Positions 19,018 through 30,537 of a stretch of DNA of 64,000 nt are shown piece by piece. How positions within the stretch are numbered: the first letter of the stretch is position 1; each line of letters opens with the position of its first letter. The DNA is taken from NCBI GenBank assembly GCA_040902555.1, contig JBBDXC010000020.1, positions 3,528 to 67,527 of the forward strand, read 5' to 3'. Source of the stretch: Dehalococcoidia bacterium (GTDB lineage Bacteria > Chloroflexota > Dehalococcoidia > WHTO01). The notes below the pieces were generated by a model. That model ran no database searches. It was not told the origin of the DNA and worked only from the letters and a program-made list of their open reading frames with translations. The translations under genes were made by a program, and so were the position numbers.

Positions 19018-19554
19018 ATGCCCGCCTTAACTTCCAGCGAGATCGAGCAGTTTCTCTCGGAACCAGGTCATCTGTTGCGGGTTGGGACCGTCGACGAGGA
19101 AGGGACACCGCGCGTGGTACCGGTTTGGTTCCTCCACCGCGAGGGCGAGATCCTCTTCACGCCCCGGGGCCGATCCGTGCTCGAGCAGAACATCGTTCGC
19201 GACCCGCGCGTGGGTCTTTGCATCGATGAGGAGCAGGCGCCCTACCGCAAGCTGGTTGCCGGGGGCGCTGTGCGAATAGTTCAAGCGGCCGGACAGGAAG
19301 AGCAGTGGGCCGACATCTACCAGGCCATAGCCGAGCGCTACACGCCGCCGGCTTGGGCTAGCCACTACATAGAAAGCACGATGGACCAACCCCGCTCGCT
19401 CGTGGCTCTCAACCTGCCTGAGGCCGCGGTCAAGACCTGGCGGATGCCGAGGGAAGGCGAACCCGCTTCAGGCATCTGGGCGCGACACTACTACGTTCCC
19501 GGTACGCCGGCGCCGGAGCGCCTGGGCCAGTTCCCGCCGCAGCGGCCGGCGTAG
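19018..19554 (+). CDS. pyridoxamine 5'-phosphate oxidase family (PPOX/F420-type) protein
   Basis: LTSSEIEQFL..VGTVDEEGTPRVVPVWF..NIVRDPRVGLCID. Confidence 0.8.
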   Translation: MPALTSSEIEQFLSEPGHLLRVGTVDEEGTPRVVPVWFLHREGEILFTPRGRSVLEQNIVRDPRVGLCIDEEQAPYRKLVAGGAVRIVQAAGQEEQWADIYQAIAERYTPPAWASHYIESTMDQPRSLVALNLPEAAVKTWRMPREGEPASGIWARHYYVPGTPAPERLGQFPPQRPA

Positions 19555-19837
19555 GCCGACCTCGGTCCTTGGCCTGAGGTCCGCGACGGTCGAGGGTGAC
19601 GCGGCAAAGCTGGCAGCCCTCAACGGCAAGCTCCTACGGCAGGTGCTGGAGGCTGGCCAGGTCGCGCTGGAGACGACTGTCGCCGTCGTCGCCCGGGGTT
19701 CATCCGGCCCCGTGGGGTCGGACCGGGACGTCCACGTAGAGTAATTGCCGTCGGCCTATCAAACGGCGCTCTGACGGAGCGGAGTCCCATTGGGCCCTTT
19801 AATCGCGGCCGTCTGTTAGGCCAGCTACTCGCCGGGC

Positions 19838-20557
19838 TTAGTTGAGCAGCCGCGCTTCGAGGAAATCATTGTTTTCCTTCAGACATTCGGGGCACTGGTC
19901 TGCGTTCCGGCTGGACCAAGGCTCGCCATAGTTCTTTACATCCAGAGTGAAGAGCCACATGGCAGGGAACGGGCCAGATGCCTTCGTGGTAAATGGGTCC
20001 GCGGCACGGTTGGCGAACAGAGCCAATGACACTACTTCACCACCGGCCTGCTCAACAGCAGTTCGCGCCGTGTGGACGCCTTCACCGGTCGTGAGGATGT
20101 CATTTACCAGCAAGGCTCTATCCCCGTTGCGAACCGAGTCCCCAACAAAACTCGTGGTCACCCGGTTGTCGAGGTCAGTCTTAAGAGTCAGCGAACTACT
20201 CGAGAGATTCGCGGCCTCTGCAATAGCGTCTGCCAGCAGGCCACCGGCAGTGTCCGGGGCGACAATGACATCGAACCGATCTCCATTTTGACGTAACGCC
20301 TGGGCTAGGTGGTTGGCCACCCAACTCAGATTCTCAGGGTTGGAGGCAAAGGTACGGAATCTAAGGAATACATCGCTGTGCTGCAGCGATTGGAGCCTGA
20401 AGTGGCCTTTAAGGATACAGCCCGACCTGAACAGACGGCCTACGAGTTCGTCCTCAAGAAATTTGAAGCGGGGACTGACCTTCACCAAGTCGGCGAGGGC
20501 TTCAAGAGTCTCAATGGGGCGTGCGGATAGGGTCGACACTTCCATGTGGGTCTTCAC
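19838..20557 (-). CDS. pyrE: orotate phosphoribosyltransferase-like type I PRTase
   Basis: GHFRLQSLQHS, PRPP motif LLVNDILTTG, C-terminal CPEC; in operon with pyrF. Confidence 0.65.
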   Translation of the reverse strand: MKTHMEVSTLSARPIETLEALADLVKVSPRFKFLEDELVGRLFRSGCILKGHFRLQSLQHSDVFLRFRTFASNPENLSWVANHLAQALRQNGDRFDVIVAPDTAGGLLADAIAEAANLSSSSLTLKTDLDNRVTTSFVGDSVRNGDRALLVNDILTTGEGVHTARTAVEQAGGEVVSLALFANRAADPFTTKASGPFPAMWLFTLDVKNYGEPWSSRNADQCPECLKENNDFLEARLLN

Positions 20558-21322
20558 CTAGGGTATTCCTTCCTTTCTGGTAGCGCCTAGATCCAGGCAG
20601 AAGATTCGCAGCGAATCGTCTGGTTCGGCGCCAGCCGATCCAACACCGAAGAGGACGGCAACCCCGGCCACCTCAGCGCCTTCTTGAACCAGGAACCGCC
20701 GCGCTGTCTCGACGAAGCCGTCAGCGAGCTCAAGTATCTCCACGATGACCGCCTTCTTCCCCGTAGCCTCCGGGACGTAGGGGATCTCTCGACGGATGTG
20801 CTTGTCCATCAGTTGCTCCGCCCAAACGTTGTTGAGCCCCTGTAGTCGACGGGAGATCTCTTTAACAAACGCGTTGTAGTAAGTGACCTGTCCACCCCGT
20901 GATGGGGCGAGAACCGCCACGATTTCCACATCTGAGCCAAATCCGTCGATGACCATTTTCGCTGCCTCCTGCCACAGCCTCGGGTCCGCCTTCTTTAGGA
21001 AACGCTCGTACTCAAATGTCACCTCCCAATACCGAGTCCAGTCTGGCTTGCCAATCAGAGCCTGTCGGCGAGTCAACTCGCTCACGAACTGGTTCGCCAG
21101 CTTGCCGTCGGCTCGCGACCGACTGGCAAGAAACCGTTGTGCCACATCGTCTGCGGGGATTGGATGGGCTAGATCGGGCAGCATTATCAGTCCGCTGACC
21201 TGATTCTGCAGCCACGCGAAAATCGACTCTCTCTTTAAGAAGACGGCCAGCAGCCCGAACGCGATTAGCGATATCTCGCCGAGCTGGGCGATGTCAGCGG
21301 CGGGTGAGACCCAATCAGGCAA
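20558..21322 (-). CDS. hypothetical membrane-anchored protein with a degenerate PRTase-like domain
   Basis: N-terminal hydrophobic helix ISLIAFGLLAVFL; GKKAVIVEILELADG..QEGAEVAGVAVLF resembles the PRTase core. Confidence 0.6.
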   Translation of the reverse strand: MPDWVSPAADIAQLGEISLIAFGLLAVFLKRESIFAWLQNQVSGLIMLPDLAHPIPADDVAQRFLASRSRADGKLANQFVSELTRRQALIGKPDWTRYWEVTFEYERFLKKADPRLWQEAAKMVIDGFGSDVEIVAVLAPSRGGQVTYYNAFVKEISRRLQGLNNVWAEQLMDKHIRREIPYVPEATGKKAVIVEILELADGFVETARRFLVQEGAEVAGVAVLFGVGSAGAEPDDSLRIFCLDLGATRKEGIP

Positions 21323-22076
21323 CTTGGCTTTCTAGGGTTTGTGCCACGGTGTCGCGAATGGTCCGAGCTGCGGCGCGCCTGTTCGGGCTCCGCAGGATCG
21401 GCCGGCCGATGACCAGCAGATCGGATCCCGCAGCTATAGCTCCCGCAACAGTCGCTGTACGCTGCTGATCGTCGGGTACGTCGGACTGTTCACGTATCCC
21501 CGGAGTCACTATCAGGAAGTCAGATCCCAGGGCTGCCCTCAGGGCGAGTGTCTCAGCGGGAGAGGCTACAACGCCGTCGGCGCCGGCTTCCCTAGCCACC
21601 ATGGCGAGCTGCAAAGTGAGATCCTCCGGACTTCGGTCCGAGGCCATGAGTTCAGCAATATCACTTTGGCCTAAGCTCGTGAGCAATGTCACGGCGAGAA
21701 TCTTGGGCCGCGGCTTATCAAACCTGCCGCTCCACTGATCGGCGGCCGCGACGGCCGCGGCGATCATGTCCCGTCCGCCGAGCGCATGAACGTTTACCAA
21801 CTCGGCTCCGAGTCCTGCTATTTCGGGGACAGCGCTGGCAACGGTGTTCGGGATGTCGTGGAGCTTTAGGTCTAAGAACACCCTTTGCCCAAAGAAGCGG
21901 AACGGCAGCACAGCTTCCGGGCCGTAAGCGGTGTAAAGCTGGAGCCCAACCTTGACCCAACCGACGAAGGGGCTGACATCCTCGGCGATTCGAAGGGCCA
22001 CGCCGAGATTGGGGACGTCGAGTGCGAGACAAAGCCGCTCTCTTGCTTGGTCCGGTGTCGTAGCGGCTTGTGTCAT
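21315..22076 (-). CDS. pyrF: orotidine-5'-phosphate decarboxylase
   Basis: LALD, KVG, DLKLHDIPNT, VTPGIR, DDQQR, VIGRPI. Confidence 0.95.
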   Translation of the reverse strand: MTQAATTPDQARERLCLALDVPNLGVALRIAEDVSPFVGWVKVGLQLYTAYGPEAVLPFRFFGQRVFLDLKLHDIPNTVASAVPEIAGLGAELVNVHALGGRDMIAAAVAAADQWSGRFDKPRPKILAVTLLTSLGQSDIAELMASDRSPEDLTLQLAMVAREAGADGVVASPAETLALRAALGSDFLIVTPGIREQSDVPDDQQRTATVAGAIAAGSDLLVIGRPILRSPNRRAAARTIRDTVAQTLESQVA

Positions 22077-22385
22077 CGTTCTCCGGTTTTAACCATGAGC
22101 CCGCCAGCCTACCCGTTCAAGCGGCCTTCTCGCACAGTTTTCACCAAGATTTTGTGTTTAAAGGCATAAGCGGTTGTGCAATTCTTAACCGAGAGGAGGT
22201 GCGAAGTCAAACTGGGTCGGTCTCCGGCGTTCCGGGTGGGCTGGCCTCCAGCAATAACTCCTCAGGTTAGGCGGGAGCCGGATCCCAAAGCGCATGCCCG
22301 CAGGCTCCATCTCCTCGACCGAGCGTGAGGCGCGATGACGACGTCACGGGCGGCTTTTTGGCACCCGGTCTGCCACGATGCCAAT

Positions 22386-23345
22386 GTGAGCATTCGCATC
22401 GGCCTCGGCGTCGCCGGATTTCCATGGTCGTCTGCCGACGCCTTCCTCGATTGGGTCGACCTCTGCGAGGACTCGGACGTCGACTCCGTCTGGTTCAGCG
22501 AGCGATTGGTGTCCAGCCAGCCCACGCTGGAGCCGATGGTGGCGATGTCGCTGCTCGCCGGCCGCACCCGCCGCCTGAAGTTCGGCATGAACGCCATTGT
22601 CCTTCCCCTCCGTGACCCGCTTGTCCTGGCCAAGGAATGCGCCACGCTCGACTACCTTTCGGGCGGCCGCCTCCTCCCGGCCTTCGGCGTCGGCCGCGAC
22701 ACCGCGCCCGAGTTCCGCGCCACAAGCAATGACGGCGGCGGCCGCGGCGAGCGCTCCAACGAGATGCTTCAACTCCTTTCGCGGCTGTGGAGCGAGGAGC
22801 ATGTCAGCTTCAAGGGCCGCTACTACGACTACGAAGACACGACGATCAGCCCGCGGCCGGTGCAGCAGCCGTTGCCTCTCTGGATCGGCGGCAGTAGCGC
22901 AGCGGCAATCAAGCGGACCGCGCTTTACGGCAGCGGCTGGCTCGGCGGCCTGCAGTCACCGGCGCAGGTCGCGCCGATCATCACCGCCATCAAGGCGGCG
23001 GTGGCCGAAGCCGGGCGCACGATCGACGAGGCCCACTACGGAGCGGGATTCAGCTACCGCTTCGGCAGCTGGGACGAGCCGGTAGTCCAGCAGTCCTCGG
23101 CCCTCCTCTCCCGCATCGGCGAAGGTCTCGACCCCAGCACCTACATGGCGGTCGGCGGCGCAGGCGAGATTATTGCCCGCGCCCGCGAGTACGTCGAGGC
23201 CGGGGTCTCCAAGTTCGTCCTGCGCCCCATCGGCGCCACGGACGAGGAGATCATGGAGCAGACGCGCCGCCTGGCCGACGAGGTGCTGCCTGCCGTCCAT
23301 GACGCCGCCTGGGAAGCTAACCGCGCCCCGGTTGAGATCCCATGA
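22386..23345 (+). CDS. LLM-class flavin-dependent oxidoreductase
   Basis: DSVWFSE, PLRDPLVLAKECATLDYLSGGR, PRPVQQPLPLWIGG. Confidence 0.9.
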   Translation: MSIRIGLGVAGFPWSSADAFLDWVDLCEDSDVDSVWFSERLVSSQPTLEPMVAMSLLAGRTRRLKFGMNAIVLPLRDPLVLAKECATLDYLSGGRLLPAFGVGRDTAPEFRATSNDGGGRGERSNEMLQLLSRLWSEEHVSFKGRYYDYEDTTISPRPVQQPLPLWIGGSSAAAIKRTALYGSGWLGGLQSPAQVAPIITAIKAAVAEAGRTIDEAHYGAGFSYRFGSWDEPVVQQSSALLSRIGEGLDPSTYMAVGGAGEIIARAREYVEAGVSKFVLRPIGATDEEIMEQTRRLADEVLPAVHDAAWEANRAPVEIP

Positions 23346-23349
23346 CGAA

Positions 23350-24462
23350 TTAATGGGAGGTCAGGCAGGCCTGCGGGTCGGCGGCGCGGGTAATGGCGCA
23401 CCCTACAAACGCCGGTTTGACGAAATCGGACACCGAGGCTATGGAGAACGTCGGCGTGTTTGCGGCGGTAAGAACGTCCACCCAGCACTCAACCGGGTCA
23501 TTGAGGACGAAGGGGGAGCGCCAAACGGAGCTGTGGTTGTTGTCAAATCGGCAGTGAAGTCGACTTCTACTCGCCAACAACGTGGTTCTATTACCCTTGA
23601 CAAATTCAATGGGGGTCTGAAGGTCGACCTCGAAAATCGAGACTTCATCCTTTTGGGTGGCGTCGATCGTATAGAACGGGACACCCGAGTGCACGCCAGC
23701 CCTGGCGATGGCGCTGACGATTCGTGAGACGCAACGGTCTGGATCCTGTGCCTGGTAATAGTTGTTGCACTTCAAGTCGAGCCAGGAGCGGCTGTCTTTT
23801 GGACAGGCGCTCGACAAGACGTTACGATGAGGGACACCCCTGAGGACGCCGTCGAACGTGATTACGGAGTTCACACGGCTCTGCATCTGCGGCCGAGTCG
23901 TTAGCCAATATGACGCCACCATGGCGCCCATGCTGTGGGCGACGATGTCAAACCTGGCATTCGGATACTTCGCCACCAGTTTCGTGGCCAGCGACTGAAG
24001 TCTACTGGCCGCGATTTTCACCCCGACGCAAGTGTCTTTAGCCTGGTAGCTGGGTTTGCGATAGTTCTCCACGCCGTTGTCCTTACAGTACGGCGTCATG
24101 TAACTGTAACTGAAATAGATGAAGTCGGCGGCGCTATTGAGGGTTGGAGCCACCTCCCGGATCCAAGAGCCATTGGGCCCGATTATGTAGTCGACCAGCC
24201 ACTTGACGTTCGACCTTGAGGCGGCGCCGCAGGACCCGCTGAAACTGTCGATGCCCTGCACGAAGATGACCTTGCGATCTACCGGCGGCGGCGCTTGTTG
24301 CATCATGAAGTTGCACGTTATGGACTCCCCTTCATCTACATCAATAATCGCAGCCCGCCCCGGCAAGTCGACGCTTGTTCCACCGTCCGGGTCCTGGCAG
24401 ACGATGCCGGTTAGGTTCCAGCCAGCGACACCACCTTCCACCACCATGTAACTTCCTGCCAC
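23350..24462 (-). CDS. alpha/beta hydrolase fold protein preceded by a partial prealbumin/SpaA-like domain; probably 5'-truncated
   Basis: VIFVQGI, AHSMG nucleophile elbow; starts mid-domain (GSYMVVE..GWNLTGIVC..GESITCNF) with no signal peptide. Confidence 0.65.
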   Translation of the reverse strand: MAGSYMVVEGGVAGWNLTGIVCQDPDGGTSVDLPGRAAIIDVDEGESITCNFMMQQAPPPVDRKVIFVQGIDSFSGSCGAASRSNVKWLVDYIIGPNGSWIREVAPTLNSAADFIYFSYSYMTPYCKDNGVENYRKPSYQAKDTCVGVKIAASRLQSLATKLVAKYPNARFDIVAHSMGAMVASYWLTTRPQMQSRVNSVITFDGVLRGVPHRNVLSSACPKDSRSWLDLKCNNYYQAQDPDRCVSRIVSAIARAGVHSGVPFYTIDATQKDEVSIFEVDLQTPIEFVKGNRTTLLASRSRLHCRFDNNHSSVWRSPFVLNDPVECWVDVLTAANTPTFSIASVSDFVKPAFVGCAITRAADPQACLTSH

Positions 24463-24521
24463 AGCGGTAAACGCCTTGCAACCAACTACAAACCGCCGTG
24501 GAACCAGGAGAACAGCTAGAG

Positions 24522-26969
<2,448 letters not shown>

Positions 26970-27066
26970 GTCCGCGGGCGGCGGCCCTCCACCTGAATGT
27001 TTAGACTTTCAGTGGCGCCGCTCGCCGGACGCCAGCAAACGATTTGATTTCAGCAGGTATCAACGC

Positions 27067-28989
27067 TTGAGGACCCGCCGACCTCAGGTGCGCCGGCTCG
27101 CAATAGCCGCCGCGCGCTCGCTGGCCCCTCTCCTCTTCGCCATCCTCCTCTCGCTCGTCGCCGTGGAAACAGCGGCCGGGGGCGAGCCCACGCCCACGCC
27201 AACCGCGGAGGAAACACCGACAGAAGACGGCGGAGTCGAGGGCGGCGACGCCGCCAACAACACCGAGCTCACTGTCGACACTGCGATCACCTACGACGTC
27301 CAGCCGGCCGCCGAACAGGTGCACGTCACCGTCGAGGCGCTCGCCACCAACCAGAACCCCGAGTCCATCCGCCGCGAATTCGGCTCTATCACCTATTACC
27401 GCGGCTACGACCTCTACCTCCCGGCCTCGGCCGAGAACGTCGTCGCCGAGAGCGCCGGCGGCGCCGCGCTGGAGATCGAGGTTTCGAGCCTCGATGAGTT
27501 CTTCAACCAGGTGGCGGTCTTCTTCGACGCCCGCTTCTTCTTCGGCGAGACCTACCGCTTCGTGCTGCAGTACGACTTGCCCGGGCAGCGTGAGTCAAAC
27601 CTCGTCATCTCCCAGAATTACCTCTACTTTCCGGCCTTCGCCGACGGCACCAGCTCGAACGTCCGCATCGTCACACCGGCGTCCGAAGGCTACGAGGCCA
27701 CGGTCGACAATCCGGACTGCGCGGCCGCCGACGCCGGCGTATTTGAGTGCGCCGTCGTCGACCCGTTCACCTTCCTGGCTTTCGTCGAGGTTGTCCGCGA
27801 GGGCGCGATCGGCACGGTCGAGCGGGAGGTCAACCTTTCCGAGCGGTCCGTTTCCCTCGTCATCGAGTTCTTCGAGGGCGAGGAAGCCTGGGCCAACGAG
27901 ATCGCCACGCTCATAGAGGAGGCCCTCCCCGCCCTGGAGGAGGCCAACGGCCACCCCTACGCCGGCCCCGACACGGTGACCATCCGCGAGGCCGCCCGCT
28001 CGGAGACCGAGGGTTACGCCGGGCGTGCGCAATCGGGCTGCCAGGATGACTGCGTCATCCAGCTTTTGCCCGTGACAAGCGACTTCGTGGCGTTGCACGA
28101 GGCCTCCCACCTCTGGTCCAACATCTTTACCGAGCGCTGGCTCTACGAGGGCTTCGCCGACTGGACGGCAGAGCGCGCAGCCGCCCAGCTCGATGTCAAC
28201 GCCGATATCTCGACACCGGCGCTCGACAGCCTCGACGAACCCGACGGCGGCCTGCAACTGATCCAGTGGATGGAGCTGGAGTGCCCGCCGATCCGCTGCC
28301 CCGAGAACCGCGACCTCGATCTCTATGGCTATGCCAAATCCCTGGAGTTCATTCGCACGCTCGAGGCGACGGTTGGTGTCGAGGCACTGCTTGAGACGAA
28401 TCGCCGGATCGCGGAGTCGGGGGAGCCGGTCGGCGCCCAGGACTACATGAACACGCTGGAAATTGTGTCGGGGCAGAACCTCGATGCCCTCTTCCTGGAG
28501 TGGGTCTATATGCCCGACTTCGAGCCGGTCCTGCGGCAGCGCCGCGAGGCCCGCGACCTGCTGACCGCGCTCAATGCCGACCTCGAGGGCACCGACCTCA
28601 CGCTGCCCGAGACCATCGGGGAGCTGATTGACACCTGGGAGTTCGACCAGGCGCTGGAGCTGATCCCGCGCGCCTCCGCCGTCATCCCGGCCTACAAGGA
28701 GGCCACGGTTGCCGTCGAGGAGGATCGTAGCCTCTGGACGCGCATCGGCCTGATCGGCGAGGACCCCGACTCTGATGTCGACGAAGCGAGCAAGGCCTTC
28801 GGCGAGGGCCGCTTCGACGACTCCGAGGAAAGCTCGAACAACGCCATCGCCTCACTGGATGACGCCGAGAGCAACGGCCAGCAGCGAGGGATCATCGTCG
28901 GCGTACTTCTGGGTCTGGTGGTTGTGGGCGTTGTGGTCTTGCTGTTGCTGGCCGGGCGACGCCGGGTGCACCACAGCCCCTACCACTAG
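27067..28989 (+). CDS. exported, membrane-anchored gluzincin-type zinc metallopeptidase
   Basis: Signal peptide, HEASH and WLYEG motifs, C-terminal TM helix. Confidence 0.7.
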   Translation: MRTRRPQVRRLAIAAARSLAPLLFAILLSLVAVETAAGGEPTPTPTAEETPTEDGGVEGGDAANNTELTVDTAITYDVQPAAEQVHVTVEALATNQNPESIRREFGSITYYRGYDLYLPASAENVVAESAGGAALEIEVSSLDEFFNQVAVFFDARFFFGETYRFVLQYDLPGQRESNLVISQNYLYFPAFADGTSSNVRIVTPASEGYEATVDNPDCAAADAGVFECAVVDPFTFLAFVEVVREGAIGTVEREVNLSERSVSLVIEFFEGEEAWANEIATLIEEALPALEEANGHPYAGPDTVTIREAARSETEGYAGRAQSGCQDDCVIQLLPVTSDFVALHEASHLWSNIFTERWLYEGFADWTAERAAAQLDVNADISTPALDSLDEPDGGLQLIQWMELECPPIRCPENRDLDLYGYAKSLEFIRTLEATVGVEALLETNRRIAESGEPVGAQDYMNTLEIVSGQNLDALFLEWVYMPDFEPVLRQRREARDLLTALNADLEGTDLTLPETIGELIDTWEFDQALELIPRASAVIPAYKEATVAVEEDRSLWTRIGLIGEDPDSDVDEASKAFGEGRFDDSEESSNNAIASLDDAESNGQQRGIIVGVLLGLVVVGVVVLLLLAGRRRVHHSPYH

Positions 28990-28991
28990 GT

Positions 28992-29507
28992 CTAGAGCTG
29001 CTTGTCCTCCAGCTGGGAGATGGAGCTGCGAACGTTGTCCACGTAGTTGCCCAGCTGCTGCTCCAGCTTGCGCATCAGCTCCAGGGCGTACTTGTCGGCC
29101 TCTTCCAGCTGCAGCGAGGCGCTCTGCGCCGCTTCGGCGACTCGCCGCGTGACCTCGTCTTCCGCCTCCTGGCGGCGGCGCTCGGCGTCCTCTTCGGCGC
29201 GGCGCAGGATCTCGTTGGCTTTCGACTGTGCAGTCTGCAGCGCCGGGTCGTTGGCGATCTCTGCCTCGGCGCGGCGCCGGGCGTCAGCGATGATGCGGTT
29301 GGCTTCCTCTTGCGCCGAGACGAGGGCGGCGTCGCGGTTTTCGACGACCTCGCTGGCCTGGAAGACCTCGTCGGGGACGGCGACGCGGAGCTGATCGATG
29401 AGGTCGTAGACGCGGGCGCGGTCGATCATCACGCTGCTGCTCAGCGGTGCTTTTTTGGCTTCGGCGACCATCTCCTCAAGCCGATCGATCAGATGCAGTA
29501 CGTCGAT
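28992..29507 (-). CDS. coiled-coil protein of the family commonly found downstream of coaD; probable ATC start
   Basis: (I)DVLHLIDRLEEMVAEAKKAPLSSSVMIDR..; GGAGG 7 nt before an in-frame ATC. Confidence 0.75.
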   Translation of the reverse strand: MDVLHLIDRLEEMVAEAKKAPLSSSVMIDRARVYDLIDQLRVAVPDEVFQASEVVENRDAALVSAQEEANRIIADARRRAEAEIANDPALQTAQSKANEILRRAEEDAERRRQEAEDEVTRRVAEAAQSASLQLEEADKYALELMRKLEQQLGNYVDNVRSSISQLEDKQL

Positions 29508-29509
29508 GG

Positions 29510-30001
29510 CTAAGCCTCCACGTTGCGTTCAAACTTCACTTGCAGCGCCTCGAAAACGTGGTCGGGGACGAGGCCCCTGACATCATAACCCAAACTCGAA
29601 ACCTCCCTGATTCGCGTGCCGCTCAGGAACAGGTGATCGATCGAGGCCATGAGGTAGACCGACTCGATTTCAGGCGCCATTTTCTTGTTCATCAGCGCCA
29701 TGTCGAACTCGGCTTCGAAGCCGGTTACCGCGCGGATGCCACGGACAAGGACGCCGGCGCCCCTCTCCCGTGCAAAGTCGACGATCAGGCCCTTGAAGGG
29801 CTGGACGCTGATCCGCCCGTTGTCGCGGACCGCGCCGCTGAACATGGCGACGCGTTCTTCGGTGCTGAAGAGGGTCCGTTCGGACGGGAGGTCGTAGATG
29901 GCTATCACTACCTCGTCGAAGAGCGAGGCCGCACGCAGGGCGATGTCGAGGTGGCCGTTGGTCACGGGGTCAAAACGCCCGGGATAGATCGCGCGAACCA
30001 T
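29510..30001 (-). CDS. coaD: pantetheine-phosphate adenylyltransferase
   Basis: YPGRFDPVTNGHLDI, LVRGIR. Confidence 0.95.
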   Translation of the reverse strand: MVRAIYPGRFDPVTNGHLDIALRAASLFDEVVIAIYDLPSERTLFSTEERVAMFSGAVRDNGRISVQPFKGLIVDFARERGAGVLVRGIRAVTGFEAEFDMALMNKKMAPEIESVYLMASIDHLFLSGTRIREVSSLGYDVRGLVPDHVFEALQVKFERNVEA

Positions 30002-30537
30002 CAGGCCTCCCTGCCGTAGAAGGTAACCGCGCTATCGCCATAACGCTTCGAGCGAATCGGCCGCAGGCCCGCCAGCTCAGGCGGCGGCTCCCTGCGGCCG
30101 GAGTGCTCGAGGACGATCACGGTGTCATCGCCGATGGCAGTACCCAGGCCTTCGATGGCGGCGAGGGCTCCGTCATCGGCGTAGGGCGGGTCACAGAAGA
30201 CGATGGCCAGGGGGCTGCGAATCCGCCCCACGGCCCGCGAGGCATCGGCGCAGACCACCTTGGCCCTGTCGGCCAGGGAAGCAGCCTGAAGATTCGCTTT
30301 GATCGCCTTGCAGGCGGCGCTGCGCGAGTCGACGAAGGTGCAGGAGTCGAGGCCTCGGCTCAGGGCCTCGATACCGAGGGCGCCGCTGCCGGCGTAGAGG
30401 TCGAGGCCCGCGCCCTCGAAGGGCACGATGGCCGCCAGGGCGTTGAAGATGGCCTGGCGCACGCGGTCCGTCGTCGGGCGTGTGCCCGGCGCTGCGACAA
30501 GGGGCCGGCCCCGGGCACTACCGCCGCTGATCCGCAC
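30001..30537 (-). CDS. rsmD: 16S rRNA m2G966 methyltransferase
   Basis: MRISGG..RPTTDRVR, LDLYAGSGALGIEALSRG, DPPY. Confidence 0.95.
   Translation of the reverse strand: MRISGGSARGRPLVAAPGTRPTTDRVRQAIFNALAAIVPFEGAGLDLYAGSGALGIEALSRGLDSCTFVDSRSAACKAIKANLQAASLADRAKVVCADASRAVGRIRSPLAIVFCDPPYADDGALAAIEGLGTAIGDDTVIVLEHSGRREPPPELAGLRPIRSKRYGDSAVTFYGREA

Noticed and set aside
19560-19744. Short coding-like stretch (..LNGKLLRQVLEAGQVALETTVAVV..)
   Set aside because: No clear start or RBS and no recognisable family
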